A stretch of DNA of 64,000 nt, from positions 75,672-139,671 of the forward strand of contig JAKABW010000005.1 of NCBI GenBank assembly GCA_021796535.1. Direction: 5' to 3'. This DNA is from Actinomycetes bacterium (GTDB taxonomy: Bacteria; Actinomycetota; Acidimicrobiia; Acidimicrobiales; Bog-793). A program made the translations under genes and the position numbers. The notes beneath the pieces were generated by a model. It did not search any database, was not told where the DNA came from, and saw only the letters and a list, made by a program, of their open reading frames with translations. Positions 24,959 to 33,912 of this stretch are shown piece after piece. Position 1 is the stretch's first letter, and every line of letters starts with the position of its first letter.

Positions 24959-26488
24959 ATGGCGATAACCCGTTTACTTTTTTTGATACCGTCCAAGAGC
25001 TACAGAGCTCCCCGCCTTATGGAAGCCGTCAAAAAATTGCAGACGTCAACGGACTTTGAAGCGGTGATAGGTTCGGAAACCCCTCAGGCACTGGCAAGTC
25101 TGTTTCCCGATAAATTTTTACTGCTTGATTTTGACGACCTGAATGCCTCCGTCGAAAAGATTACGGAATACCACGCCCGACACAGACTGGATATGGTAGT
25201 TGCTTTCGACGAAGAAGCGGTTTCTCTGGCCAATTTGGCAAATGCCGGGCTGTCGCACACAAAGGATATGCTATCCGCTATTTTGACCGTGAAAAATAAG
25301 GCCTTTACCAGGATAGCTCTTTCTGATTCCGACGTGGCCCAGCCGGAGTACCGCTATTTGTTCTGCCGTGCCGAAGACGGCAGAACAAAAACTGTATTTG
25401 GCGACACTTCCGCGGGCATTGAAGTATTGCGCGCTCTCCCCGCCGACATCGCCGGGGATGCCAAAACTGCGGAGACGGCACTGCGGCAGCTGCTGGTACT
25501 CGGCGGCAACGCCGCAGAGGAGATGGGTTTTCCCGTTGTCGTCAAAGCCGTTGGACTTTCCGGCTCCAGGGGAATCATGAGAGCAAACAACCCAAAAGAG
25601 CTCGAAAAAGGAATCCTTGAATCCTTGGCCGTGGCGTGCAAAGAAAAATGCGAAATACGCCCGCAGATACTTATCGAAAAATACATACCGGGTGCAGAAG
25701 TAGCAATAGACGGATTTGTCAAAAACTCCCGCCTGATTCCGCTGGCGGTCTTTGACAAACCCGACCCTCTGACCGGACCCTATTTCGAAGAAACCATCTA
25801 TACCACTCCTTCAAGATATGACAAAGAAACACTTCAAAGCATCATAGATACAGTGCAAAGAGCATGCGATCATATCGGTGTCACTCAAGGCCCCATTCAT
25901 GCCGAATTGCGTCTTCCTTACAGGACCTCATATTCCGAAAGCAATCCCGCTGTACCCGAGGGGGAAAGCGCCGATTTACGGCCGCACCTGCTTGAAATAG
26001 CCGCCCGTCCGATAGGGGGACAGTGCGGAGATATCCTCGGTTTTTTGGATGACAAGTCCTTTTATGAGGTACTGATCGGACTCTGGCTGGAAGAAGATTT
26101 CCGACCGCGGCTTGCCGAAGGAGCTTTCGGAGCGATGATGATACCGATAGAAAAGACCGGCATCCTAAAAGAAGTCTCCGGCATCGACAAAGCTGAAGCC
26201 GTAAGGCACATAGCCCGGGTCAGCATCTCGATACCGCCCGGCCGCGGGGTGATAAGTCTTCCCGAAGGAGAAAGTTATCTCGGCTTCATCCTGAGCAAAG
26301 CCGATACGCCCGAAGAAGCCGAACTGGCTTTGCGGCAAGCTCACGCCGAATTGAAAATCGTTATAGACGACACCGGACCCAAAACCGCTATACTGGACAA
26401 ACTAACCCAAAACGGAGGTGGATACGACATTTCTGCCTATATTGAAACTCTGCTTTTTCACACAAAAGACAAACAATGCGCGTCCTGA
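24959..26488 (+). CDS. ATP-grasp superfamily ligase, substrate unknown
   Basis: 509 aa. It has FPVVVKAVGLSGSRGIMRANN, EKYIPGAEVAIDGFV and GPIHAELRL...LLEIAARPIGG, which are typical ATP-grasp fold blocks. It overlaps the next gene by 13 nt. Confidence 0.7.
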   Translation: MAITRLLFLIPSKSYRAPRLMEAVKKLQTSTDFEAVIGSETPQALASLFPDKFLLLDFDDLNASVEKITEYHARHRLDMVVAFDEEAVSLANLANAGLSHTKDMLSAILTVKNKAFTRIALSDSDVAQPEYRYLFCRAEDGRTKTVFGDTSAGIEVLRALPADIAGDAKTAETALRQLLVLGGNAAEEMGFPVVVKAVGLSGSRGIMRANNPKELEKGILESLAVACKEKCEIRPQILIEKYIPGAEVAIDGFVKNSRLIPLAVFDKPDPLTGPYFEETIYTTPSRYDKETLQSIIDTVQRACDHIGVTQGPIHAELRLPYRTSYSESNPAVPEGESADLRPHLLEIAARPIGGQCGDILGFLDDKSFYEVLIGLWLEEDFRPRLAEGAFGAMMIPIEKTGILKEVSGIDKAEAVRHIARVSISIPPGRGVISLPEGESYLGFILSKADTPEEAELALRQAHAELKIVIDDTGPKTAILDKLTQNGGGYDISAYIETLLFHTKDKQCAS

Positions 26489-27900
26489 TTATATCCACCT
26501 ATGATCTCGGCACTCAGCCCCTGATACCGGCCAGACTCAAGGCAAGCCTGAAAGCCGGCGGCCATGGGGCAAAAGCCGTAGATTTGTCCGTATCGGCCAT
26601 GGACCCCGGCGACTTGTCTTGGGCGGACGCGGTGATCTTGTTTATCCCGATGCACACGGCTCTGTCGCTTGCCAAAGAGCTGGCGGAGACAATCCGCTCG
26701 GAAAGAGAGGACCTGCCTTTTTGTTTTTTCGGACTATACGCCCCCGCCGCTTACGGGGCAAAGCTCTTGTCTCCGGGAGACATCGCAATAGCCGGCGACA
26801 ACTTTACGACTTTATTTGCCTGGCTCGACTCGTTTTCCGCCAAAAACGCCTTCCGCAGCGAAGGCGGCTCCCTGCGAATAGACCTCGGGCCTCCGAAACA
26901 GCTTTTTCGCTTACCCCCCGACAGAACAGACTTTTTGCCGCTCGACAACTATCTCCACTACCTGGAAGGAGACGTTTCCAAAACGGTAGCCACTCTGGAA
27001 ACCGTTTCGGGGTGCTCGCACAAGTGCAGACACTGTCCCGTTCCCGTCGTTTACGGCGGCAGAACCAGACCGACACCGGAAGCAGAAATCCTGGCCGACG
27101 CGGCCCAACAGATTGCCCAAGGGGCATCGCACATTCACTTTTCTGACCCCGATTTCTTCAACAGACCCGCTTATTCCCTCGGGATCATGGAGAAACTGAA
27201 AAAACTTTACCCCGATCTCACCTTTGACGCGACGATCAAAATAAGCCATCTCCTCAAGTACGAAACCCTCTTGCCCTGGTTGGCAAAGCAGGGATGCACA
27301 CTCGTTATAACGGCATTGGAACAGGTAAACGACAGGACTTTGGCCATTTTGGACAAAGGCCATACCAAAAGCGACGCCAGACGCGCTTTCCGGCTTTTGC
27401 GGCAAGTCGGCATAGAACCGAGACCGTCCTTGCTGCCCTTCACTCCTTGGACAACGGCAAATGACCTGGTTGAACTGGCCGACTTTGTCGCCGAAAACGA
27501 TCTGGCGGCCAATATAGACCCGGTTCAGTGGTCCATCAGGCTTCTCATCCCGCCCGGATCCCTCTTGTCGGAAGAAGAAGTCGACATGCCTCCCGGCGTC
27601 TTGGAAGAACAAGAAGAGAGTCTCAGCAGAGGCTGGCACTCACCCGATCCCAGACTCGACGGGCTGGCGGCGGAAATAGGCAACCTGGCCGAAAAAATAG
27701 CCGGCATCCCGCCGCGGGAAGCTTATCTTGCCGTCCGGAAATTAATTTTTTCCGCACTCGGGATCCCCTACTACGAAACAGAAACAGACGGAGACCTTGC
27801 TTCTCCGATCCCCGAAACGGACAGACCGCGGCTCAGCGAAAACTGGTTTTGTTGCGCCGTTCCCACCGGCGACCAAATGAGTAAAATGTCATGTCACTGA
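26476..27900 (+). CDS. Radical SAM enzyme with an N-terminal B12-binding-like domain and a C-terminal CCAVP motif
   Basis: The CxxxCxxC motif is at C180/C184/C187 (GCSHKCRHCPV, 27013..27036). The N-terminal 110 aa or so are Rossmann-like (VLIISTYD...AVILFIPMH). The tail WFCCAVPTGDQ at 27850..27864 resembles the CUAEP/CCAEP-tail naming motif of an NCBI radical SAM family; this comes from memory and needs an HMM check. Confidence 0.75.
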   Translation: MRVLIISTYDLGTQPLIPARLKASLKAGGHGAKAVDLSVSAMDPGDLSWADAVILFIPMHTALSLAKELAETIRSEREDLPFCFFGLYAPAAYGAKLLSPGDIAIAGDNFTTLFAWLDSFSAKNAFRSEGGSLRIDLGPPKQLFRLPPDRTDFLPLDNYLHYLEGDVSKTVATLETVSGCSHKCRHCPVPVVYGGRTRPTPEAEILADAAQQIAQGASHIHFSDPDFFNRPAYSLGIMEKLKKLYPDLTFDATIKISHLLKYETLLPWLAKQGCTLVITALEQVNDRTLAILDKGHTKSDARRAFRLLRQVGIEPRPSLLPFTPWTTANDLVELADFVAENDLAANIDPVQWSIRLLIPPGSLLSEEEVDMPPGVLEEQEESLSRGWHSPDPRLDGLAAEIGNLAEKIAGIPPREAYLAVRKLIFSALGIPYYETETDGDLASPIPETDRPRLSENWFCCAVPTGDQMSKMSCH

Positions 27901-28643
27901 CCCCATATACGAACACAAAAGAGTGGGTGAGCTTTACGGATAAAGCTCAAAACCGCACCTGGTTGCTGGACGTCACTTTTCTGACGTCAAATTGGAGCTG
28001 CATCTACGGCAACGGGTGCAAAGGCGTCCTCACGGAAGACTCCTCCTTCTTGGTACAGGGCTGCTGCAGTTACGGGGCTTTTTTCATCGACGGAGACGAC
28101 GTTGCCAGAGTAAAAAAGTCGGCAAAAAAACTCAACAAAGAAGACTGGCAATTCAAAAAAGCCTCGGACGACTCCGGAGGTCCCGTCAAAGTGCCAAAAA
28201 AATCTAAGGAGTCGGCCACCACCAAATTGTATGACGATGCCTGTATTTTTCTCAACAGACCGGGCTTCCCCGCCGGACCAGGCTGCGCCCTTCACCAAAA
28301 AGCCCTGAAAGACGGGGTGTCGCCCATGTCCTACAAACCGGAGGTATGCTGGCAACTCCCGCTCAGGGTGGAGGATTTGGAAGACGCTTCCGGCCATACT
28401 TTTACCAAGGTAACCTCTTGGGAAAGAAAAGACTGGGGAGCGGGCGGCGAAGAGTTCCATTGGTGGTGCACGGAAGACGAAAACGCTTATGCGGGAACAC
28501 AGCCGGTCCATATCGGCATGGAAGCAGAACTTAACGCTTTGGTGGGGAAAGACGTTTTGGAGCGTTTCAGAGCCTACCTGACGGACAAAAACCCTCCCGC
28601 CGTCAAACTGCCCCGACCCACAAGAGCCGCCAAAAAAACCTGA
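27891..28643 (+). CDS. Cys-rich putative metal/Fe-S-binding protein, unknown function
   Basis: 250 aa. It carries CIYGNGCKG, GCCSYGAFF, ACIFLNRPGFPAGPGCALH and CWQLP, Cys clusters reminiscent of YkgJ/CxxCxxCC-type proteins. It overlaps the radical SAM gene by 10 nt. Confidence 0.5.
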   Translation: MSLTPYTNTKEWVSFTDKAQNRTWLLDVTFLTSNWSCIYGNGCKGVLTEDSSFLVQGCCSYGAFFIDGDDVARVKKSAKKLNKEDWQFKKASDDSGGPVKVPKKSKESATTKLYDDACIFLNRPGFPAGPGCALHQKALKDGVSPMSYKPEVCWQLPLRVEDLEDASGHTFTKVTSWERKDWGAGGEEFHWWCTEDENAYAGTQPVHIGMEAELNALVGKDVLERFRAYLTDKNPPAVKLPRPTRAAKKT

Positions 28644-28647
28644 AGCC

Positions 28648-29484
28648 TTACTTTTGACAAGTTGGGCAGTAATGGCAGCTGCGCCCGGTCACCTTTGTCC
28701 GCACTATCGTGTCCCCGCAGCTTTCGCACGGCATGCCGGCTTTGGAGTAAACTTTGTGATGGTACTGATAAGTTCCTTCGCTTCCCGTTATGTCCAGGTA
28801 CTTTTTGTCCGAGAGCGTGGAGCCTTTGTGCTCAACGGCTTTTGACAAAATACCGCCCACCGCTTTATGCAGCCGGGAGAGCTCCCCATCCGTCAGCAAA
28901 GAGGCTTTTTTCATCGGCAAGACTCCCGCTTCATGACAGATCTCGTCGCCATAGATATTGCCGATCCCGGCCACCGTCTCCTGCTCCAAAAGCAGGCCTT
29001 TGACAGCAACTTCTCGCTTTTTTGCAACTTTGGTGAAGTACCCCAAAGTAAAGTCTTGACTCAGGGAATCCGGTCCCAACGACGACAACTCTTCGGGAAG
29101 ACCCTTGCCGGCGGTTTTTTCGGATATAAAAATCTCCCCGAACGTCCTGGGGTCAAAAAAAAGCAACTCGCTGCCATTGTCCAAAATGAAACGGGCGTGC
29201 AGATGCTTGGCGTCGCCCAAGAAAGGAGGCCGGACGATCTCCAGCCTGCCGGTCATGCGTAAATGGATTACCATATTCACGCCGTTCTCCATGGAAACAA
29301 TCAGGTATTTCCCGTGACGCCCACACGCCGATACCAGATTGCCGACAAGAAAATTATGCAATTTATCAGGTTCGTGACGCCTGATTGTTCTCGGGCCCAT
29401 GACCTCGGCGGCAATGATCCGCCTGTGCCTCAGATGCCGCTCCAGACCCCTTCTGAGTGTCTCCACTTCCGGCAATTCCGGCAT
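28648..29484 (-). CDS. mutM: Formamidopyrimidine-DNA glycosylase
   Basis: N-terminus MPELPEVETLRRGL and C-terminal zinc finger CESCG...CHYCPTCQ. Confidence 0.93.
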   Translation of the reverse strand: MPELPEVETLRRGLERHLRHRRIIAAEVMGPRTIRRHEPDKLHNFLVGNLVSACGRHGKYLIVSMENGVNMVIHLRMTGRLEIVRPPFLGDAKHLHARFILDNGSELLFFDPRTFGEIFISEKTAGKGLPEELSSLGPDSLSQDFTLGYFTKVAKKREVAVKGLLLEQETVAGIGNIYGDEICHEAGVLPMKKASLLTDGELSRLHKAVGGILSKAVEHKGSTLSDKKYLDITGSEGTYQYHHKVYSKAGMPCESCGDTIVRTKVTGRSCHYCPTCQK

Positions 29485-29505
29485 GTCAGTTCCGCATCCT
29501 CCCGC

Positions 29506-30282
29506 TCACGGCCTCAGGGGTTTCCCCGGACCGCCGTTTTCGGTCTCCTTCTTTTCGCAAAGCTTTTCCCAGGCTTTTGCGGCTGCCGCCGATTCCGCCA
29601 AACGGATGGAAGTGCCCTGACCGGCCGCCAATTTGTCGCCGTCCACTATGACTTCGGCCTGCCAGAGTCTTTTGTGCTCCGGACCGCTCCCGCTTACCCG
29701 GTAGACGGGGGTTCCCAGCCTCATGGCTACGGTAAGCTCCTGCAAGCGATTTTTGGCGTCTCCGAAATATGGTTTTTTGGCCTCAGCGGCAATTTTCTTT
29801 TTAAAAAAAGACAAGACGAACTTTTCCGCCGGTTCGAATCCGGAGTCCAAATAGATCGCCCCGATGACGGCTTCCAGAGTATCGGCCAAAATAGATTCTT
29901 TTTCTCTTCCCCCGGAGGATTCTTCCCCTTTGCCCAATTTCACAAGAAGCCCCAAGCCGAAAGACTTGGCAGCTTTGGCCAAAGAGGACGTCCGCACGAT
30001 CTGCGAACGGACACGGGTGAGATCCCCTTCCGGGAAATCCCCGTAAAGGCTGTAAAGATAGGAGGAGATGATCAGGGACAAAACGGAGTCTCCCAGAAAT
30101 TCCAGCCTCTCGTTGGAAACAACCCCGGAGGCGTCCGGCGCAGGCGATCCTTCACTGATAACAGACTTGTGAGTCAGGGCGGTATCCAACAAAGCCGCGT
30201 TAACACACAAGAGGCGCAGTTTGGCTTCCGCTGTGTTTTTTAAACTCAGCGGATCGCCATCCGCAACCGAACCCCTTGACAC
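29506..30282 (-). CDS. rnc: Ribonuclease III
   Basis: It has the NERLEFLGDSVLSL signature and a C-terminal dsRBD (GPEHKRLWQAEVIVDG). The exact start is uncertain. Confidence 0.9.
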   Translation of the reverse strand: MSRGSVADGDPLSLKNTAEAKLRLLCVNAALLDTALTHKSVISEGSPAPDASGVVSNERLEFLGDSVLSLIISSYLYSLYGDFPEGDLTRVRSQIVRTSSLAKAAKSFGLGLLVKLGKGEESSGGREKESILADTLEAVIGAIYLDSGFEPAEKFVLSFFKKKIAAEAKKPYFGDAKNRLQELTVAMRLGTPVYRVSGSGPEHKRLWQAEVIVDGDKLAAGQGTSIRLAESAAAAKAWEKLCEKKETENGGPGKPLRP

Positions 30283-30299
30283 CGATTACACAACCCGGT

Positions 30300-30593
30300 T
30301 TAATTGTTCTCGAGGCGTCCTGCCACATAATCCACGGCGTCGCGTACCGTTCTCAGGTTTTCCAATTCGTCGTCGTCAATATGAAAACCCGGAATGGCGA
30401 CCGACATCTCCTGTTCCAGGGCTTCGACGAGTTCAATCAGCGCGAGCGAATCGGCATTCAAATCGTCGGCAAAAGAATCCGACTCCCCGATGGACGAAGG
30501 ATCTATTTCCAAAATATCGCCCAGTTGCAACTTCACCAAACTCAGAACATCTTGCCTCGTCATCGAAGCAGTGACTTTGACATCACCCAGCAT
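30300..30593 (-). CDS. acpP: Acyl carrier protein
   Basis: DLNADSLALIELVEALE contains the DSL phosphopantetheine-attachment serine. The start may be the internal Met at MTRQDV. Confidence 0.85.
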   Translation of the reverse strand: MLGDVKVTASMTRQDVLSLVKLQLGDILEIDPSSIGESDSFADDLNADSLALIELVEALEQEMSVAIPGFHIDDDELENLRTVRDAVDYVAGRLENN

Positions 30594-30705
30594 TTTTTCT
30601 CCTAATCGGTTGTCTCAATTACCAGTATATACTGATCAAAACTTTATCTCGGTGCAAGCCGGAAGACGGCGCAGAAAGACGGCCCGTCACCGCCCAAACC
30701 CGGAT

Positions 30706-31686
30706 TCAGACGGCAGATGCCAAGCCGCCCACCAAGTCGGCGGCGGCCATGTCGTGAGCCAGCTGAAGGGCATTTACGATGGCCTTGGAAGAAGAACTTC
30801 CGTGGCTGATAACACAAATTCCGTCCACCCCCAGCAACATGGCTCCTCCGGTACTCTCCGGATCGAGGGCTTCGGCATAAGGAATCAGATGCGGTATCAA
30901 TATGTTGCCTGCCTCTTTCGTGGATTCGTCGGTACCTATGACGCCAAACAGGATATCCATGAAAACCGAAAGGGCACCTTCCAGGGATTTAAGAGCGATG
31001 TTGCCGGTAAAACCGTCGGTAACTATCACGTCGGCTTTGCCGAGCAACAGATCCCTGCCTTCGACGTTGCCTATGAACTCCACGTCTTTATCTTCCCGCA
31101 AAAGCTGATGGGTTTCTTTCGTCAGGGGATTGCCTTTGCTGTTTTCTTCGCCGTTGGAAAGCAACGCCACTTTGGCCGAAGAAAGACCGTAACGCAATTT
31201 GGCATATGTGGCCGCCATTTTGGCAAATTGCAGCAACCAGGCCGGCTGACATTCCACGTTGGCCCCGGCGTCCACCATGATCGTGGGGTTCTTCTTTAAA
31301 TCTTTCGGGATGACGAGCGGGGTCGCTATACAGGGCCTGGCCACGTTGGGAAGACGCCCCATCTTGAGAAGAGCCGAGGCCATGACGGCACCCGTGTTGC
31401 CGGCACTCACCATAGCCGAGACTTTTTTGTCCCTTACGGCTTCCGCCGCGACGACGATGGAGGAATCTCTTTTCGTCCTCACCGACTTGGTCGGGTCTTC
31501 GTCCATCGCGATGACCTCGGAGGCGGGCAAAAAGCCGGCCCGGCCGAGCGCATCTCTGTGCTCTTGGGGACCGACCAAAACGATATTCAGGTTGCGGTCT
31601 TCAACGGCAATTTTGGCACCGGCCAAAATTTCGGACGGTGCTTTGTCGCCGCCCATGATGTCAAGGGCTACCGGCAGAATCGTCAT
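30706..31686 (-). CDS. plsX: Phosphate acyltransferase PlsX
   Basis: MTILPVALDIMGGDKAP... at 326 aa is the typical PlsX N-terminus and length. Confidence 0.9.
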   Translation of the reverse strand: MTILPVALDIMGGDKAPSEILAGAKIAVEDRNLNIVLVGPQEHRDALGRAGFLPASEVIAMDEDPTKSVRTKRDSSIVVAAEAVRDKKVSAMVSAGNTGAVMASALLKMGRLPNVARPCIATPLVIPKDLKKNPTIMVDAGANVECQPAWLLQFAKMAATYAKLRYGLSSAKVALLSNGEENSKGNPLTKETHQLLREDKDVEFIGNVEGRDLLLGKADVIVTDGFTGNIALKSLEGALSVFMDILFGVIGTDESTKEAGNILIPHLIPYAEALDPESTGGAMLLGVDGICVISHGSSSSKAIVNALQLAHDMAAADLVGGLASAV

Positions 31687-31768
31687 CTAAATATACCTTT
31701 TCATCAAAACAAAGTTGCGGTGCCCGAGGTAAGCAGAACCCGGCATCGACTCCAAAAATTCATTTTTG

Positions 31769-31948
31769 TCAGTCAACCTCTATGGCTTGACGACCCTTAT
31801 ACCATCCGCACGTGGGGCAGACAACGTGGGGCAATTTGGCGTTACGGCACTGTGGACAGCTGCTGAGAGCGGGCTTAGCCAAAGACCAAGCAGAGGCTCG
31901 CCTGCTCCTGGACTTTGCCTTGGAAGTCTTTTTCTTTGGAACAGCCAT
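31769..31948 (-). CDS. rpmF: 50S ribosomal protein L32 (Zn-ribbon, C+ form)
   Basis: Absent from the ORF track because it is 59 aa. My hand translation reads MAVPKKKTSKAKSRSRRASAWSLAKPALSSCPQCRNAKLPHVVCPTCGWYKGRQAIEVD. The stop is TGA at 31771..31769. Confidence 0.9.
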   Translation of the reverse strand: MAVPKKKTSKAKSRSRRASAWSLAKPALSSCPQCRNAKLPHVVCPTCGWYKGRQAIEVD

Positions 31949-32114
31949 TTTCTTTTCCTTTATCGATTTTTATACTGTCAAATAGCTTCCCGCATTCTTC
32001 CTGCGGAGAAAACAAATTGGCTCTCAAGTTGAGCAGATATAATTTAGCCGATATATGGGGCACTTTTGTCGAAAAACTTCTTTTATCCCATCTTTTCTTT
32101 AGGATTTGCAAGCC

Positions 32115-33197
32115 CTAACCTACAGCCGACACCGGCGTGAGATCAACTTTCTTCTCCCGATACGGAAGCACCATGTATTCTATGAGATCTCTCTCTCCCG
32201 CCAAAACCAAGTACTCCAGGTTATGTAAATGCGATACCGCACCCACCTTGGTGCCCTGAGGATTATAAATGCCGATCTTGGCGCCTACATAACGCCTGGA
32301 ATCAAAAGCCAAAACTTGCACATGCTCGAGATGCGAACACATGGCCACCAGGTCTTCCAAGGAAACCCAGGCTTCGTTGTTATACGAGAGAACGACGACT
32401 TTTGCCGACAGAGAGGAGACGAGAGATCCGAGAGCCTGCGGCATCCGGCCTGCTTTATTGAAAACGCTTTTGTTGACCTCGGATTTATTGTCTTCCCGCT
32501 TGCGGGCAACGCCGTAACAGGCGGGGTTGTCCCAGGCCACCAACGTCTCCCAAATGTGATAGTTGGCATAGTAGCTGTGCTGATTGTAGGGGGGGTCCAA
32601 ATAGGCAAAATCCACCGGGGTAAGTTCGGAAACCAGCTTGCAGGCATCCCCCCTGAGCGCCCGGCCCCCGCCCGGCAAGAGCTCCGGAAGTTCAAGCTTC
32701 AGAGGTTTATACGAACGCGGGGCCCACTCTTTGATGTAGGCCATTTGCAATCCGACGGTGGAGTCCACCTTGTCTGCGGCATAGATCAAAGACGTGAGCA
32801 GCACGTCGTGATACGCGGAATCGGAAAACTCGTTTTTGATGGCATCCCTGATCGCATCTATTTTTTCGCCGTTAAAAGGTTGGAAAAACCTCGATTCCCG
32901 ACAAAAAATCTCGGTGAAATAACCTTTGTAACCGGGCCTTTGCGAAAGGTATTCCAGAATTTCTTGTATTTGAGCTGCATCTGATTTCTCGGCATCCGTC
33001 GTGATGTGGCAATTGGCAAAGACAAAAGAATAGCGGGCCGAGTCAGCGGCGGTCACGTAGGCCCCCCGGCGCTTCAATTCCTGAGCCACGCGGGTCGTCC
33101 CCGTAAACATATCCAAAGCCGACTCCGACGCCGACCTTTCGTAAAGGTCACCCAAGACAGAGACCAACCTTCTTTTGGAGCCCAGGTACTTAATCAT
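32115..33197 (-). CDS. N6-adenine DNA methyltransferase, Dam/D12-class-like, with no adjacent restriction gene
   Basis: MIKYLGSKRRLV is the [FY]xGSK N-terminal motif. DMFTGTTRVAQ is an FxGxG-like SAM motif. AYLDPPYNQHSYY is the DPPY catalytic motif. The motif order is alpha-class. Confidence 0.75.
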   Translation of the reverse strand: MIKYLGSKRRLVSVLGDLYERSASESALDMFTGTTRVAQELKRRGAYVTAADSARYSFVFANCHITTDAEKSDAAQIQEILEYLSQRPGYKGYFTEIFCRESRFFQPFNGEKIDAIRDAIKNEFSDSAYHDVLLTSLIYAADKVDSTVGLQMAYIKEWAPRSYKPLKLELPELLPGGGRALRGDACKLVSELTPVDFAYLDPPYNQHSYYANYHIWETLVAWDNPACYGVARKREDNKSEVNKSVFNKAGRMPQALGSLVSSLSAKVVVLSYNNEAWVSLEDLVAMCSHLEHVQVLAFDSRRYVGAKIGIYNPQGTKVGAVSHLHNLEYLVLAGERDLIEYMVLPYREKKVDLTPVSAVG

Positions 33198-33299
33198 ATG
33201 CTTTTTTCATCTTGGGTAATTTGCATTGTCACAACACATAGTATTTGGAAAAACCACGGGCCGTGATACAAGAGGCAAACATTTTGCATTAACGGAACT

Positions 33300-33800
33300 T
33301 TATTTCAAAAGCGACAAAGACGCCCACCGCGGGTCGTTGGGGGCTTCGCAGTTGCAGGACTCCTCGTTTAAATTGGCGCCGCATGCCGGACAAAGCCCTT
33401 TACAGTCGGGCTTACACAGAGGAGACAGGGGCAGGTTCAGGATACATGCGTCGTGTACCAAAGGTTCCAAATCCATTGTGTCCGCAGTCATTTTGTAAAC
33501 CATTTCGTCGTCTATTTTTTCGGCGTAAAGCTCCCTGACATCTGTTTCCAAAATCCCTTCCGCCGGCATCAGACATCTGCCGCACTCCCCGCGCCAAACG
33601 GTGTGCAGACTGCCCGTAACCAAAATACCTTCATGGACCTGTTCCAAAACAGCTTCCAGGAAAATGGGCTGGTCCTCCGGCACGTTGGCAAACGAAACTG
33701 CCAATTCGCCGAGGACCCCTTCCAAACGGACTTCCCGGCGGGAGCCGGGGTGACGGCGGATGACGCCTATCTCGACAAGAAATTGTTTTTTGGGTTTCAT
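33300..33800 (-). CDS. yceD: YceD/DUF177 family protein (large-subunit rRNA accumulation protein)
   Basis: The C-terminal Cys cluster is LCKPDCKGLCPACGANLNEESCNC. The size and the position upstream of rpmF are typical. Confidence 0.8.
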   Translation of the reverse strand: MKPKKQFLVEIGVIRRHPGSRREVRLEGVLGELAVSFANVPEDQPIFLEAVLEQVHEGILVTGSLHTVWRGECGRCLMPAEGILETDVRELYAEKIDDEMVYKMTADTMDLEPLVHDACILNLPLSPLCKPDCKGLCPACGANLNEESCNCEAPNDPRWASLSLLK

Positions 33801-33912
33801 AAGTCAGCCTCTCTCAATAAATTCTACCCAAAAAAGAAGCCTCTGCAACTCCGCTTTTTACATCGAGGCAAAACCCGACAAAAATACCGGATCCCGAAAG
33901 CAGCCTTGCTTT

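Noticed and set aside
29263-31299. Plus-strand ORFs of 326 aa (29263..30243) and 301 aa (30394..31299)
   Set aside because: They are antisense to rnc, acpP and plsX, which have clear signatures. The composition is Arg/Gly/Phe-rich with no start context. These are shadow ORFs.
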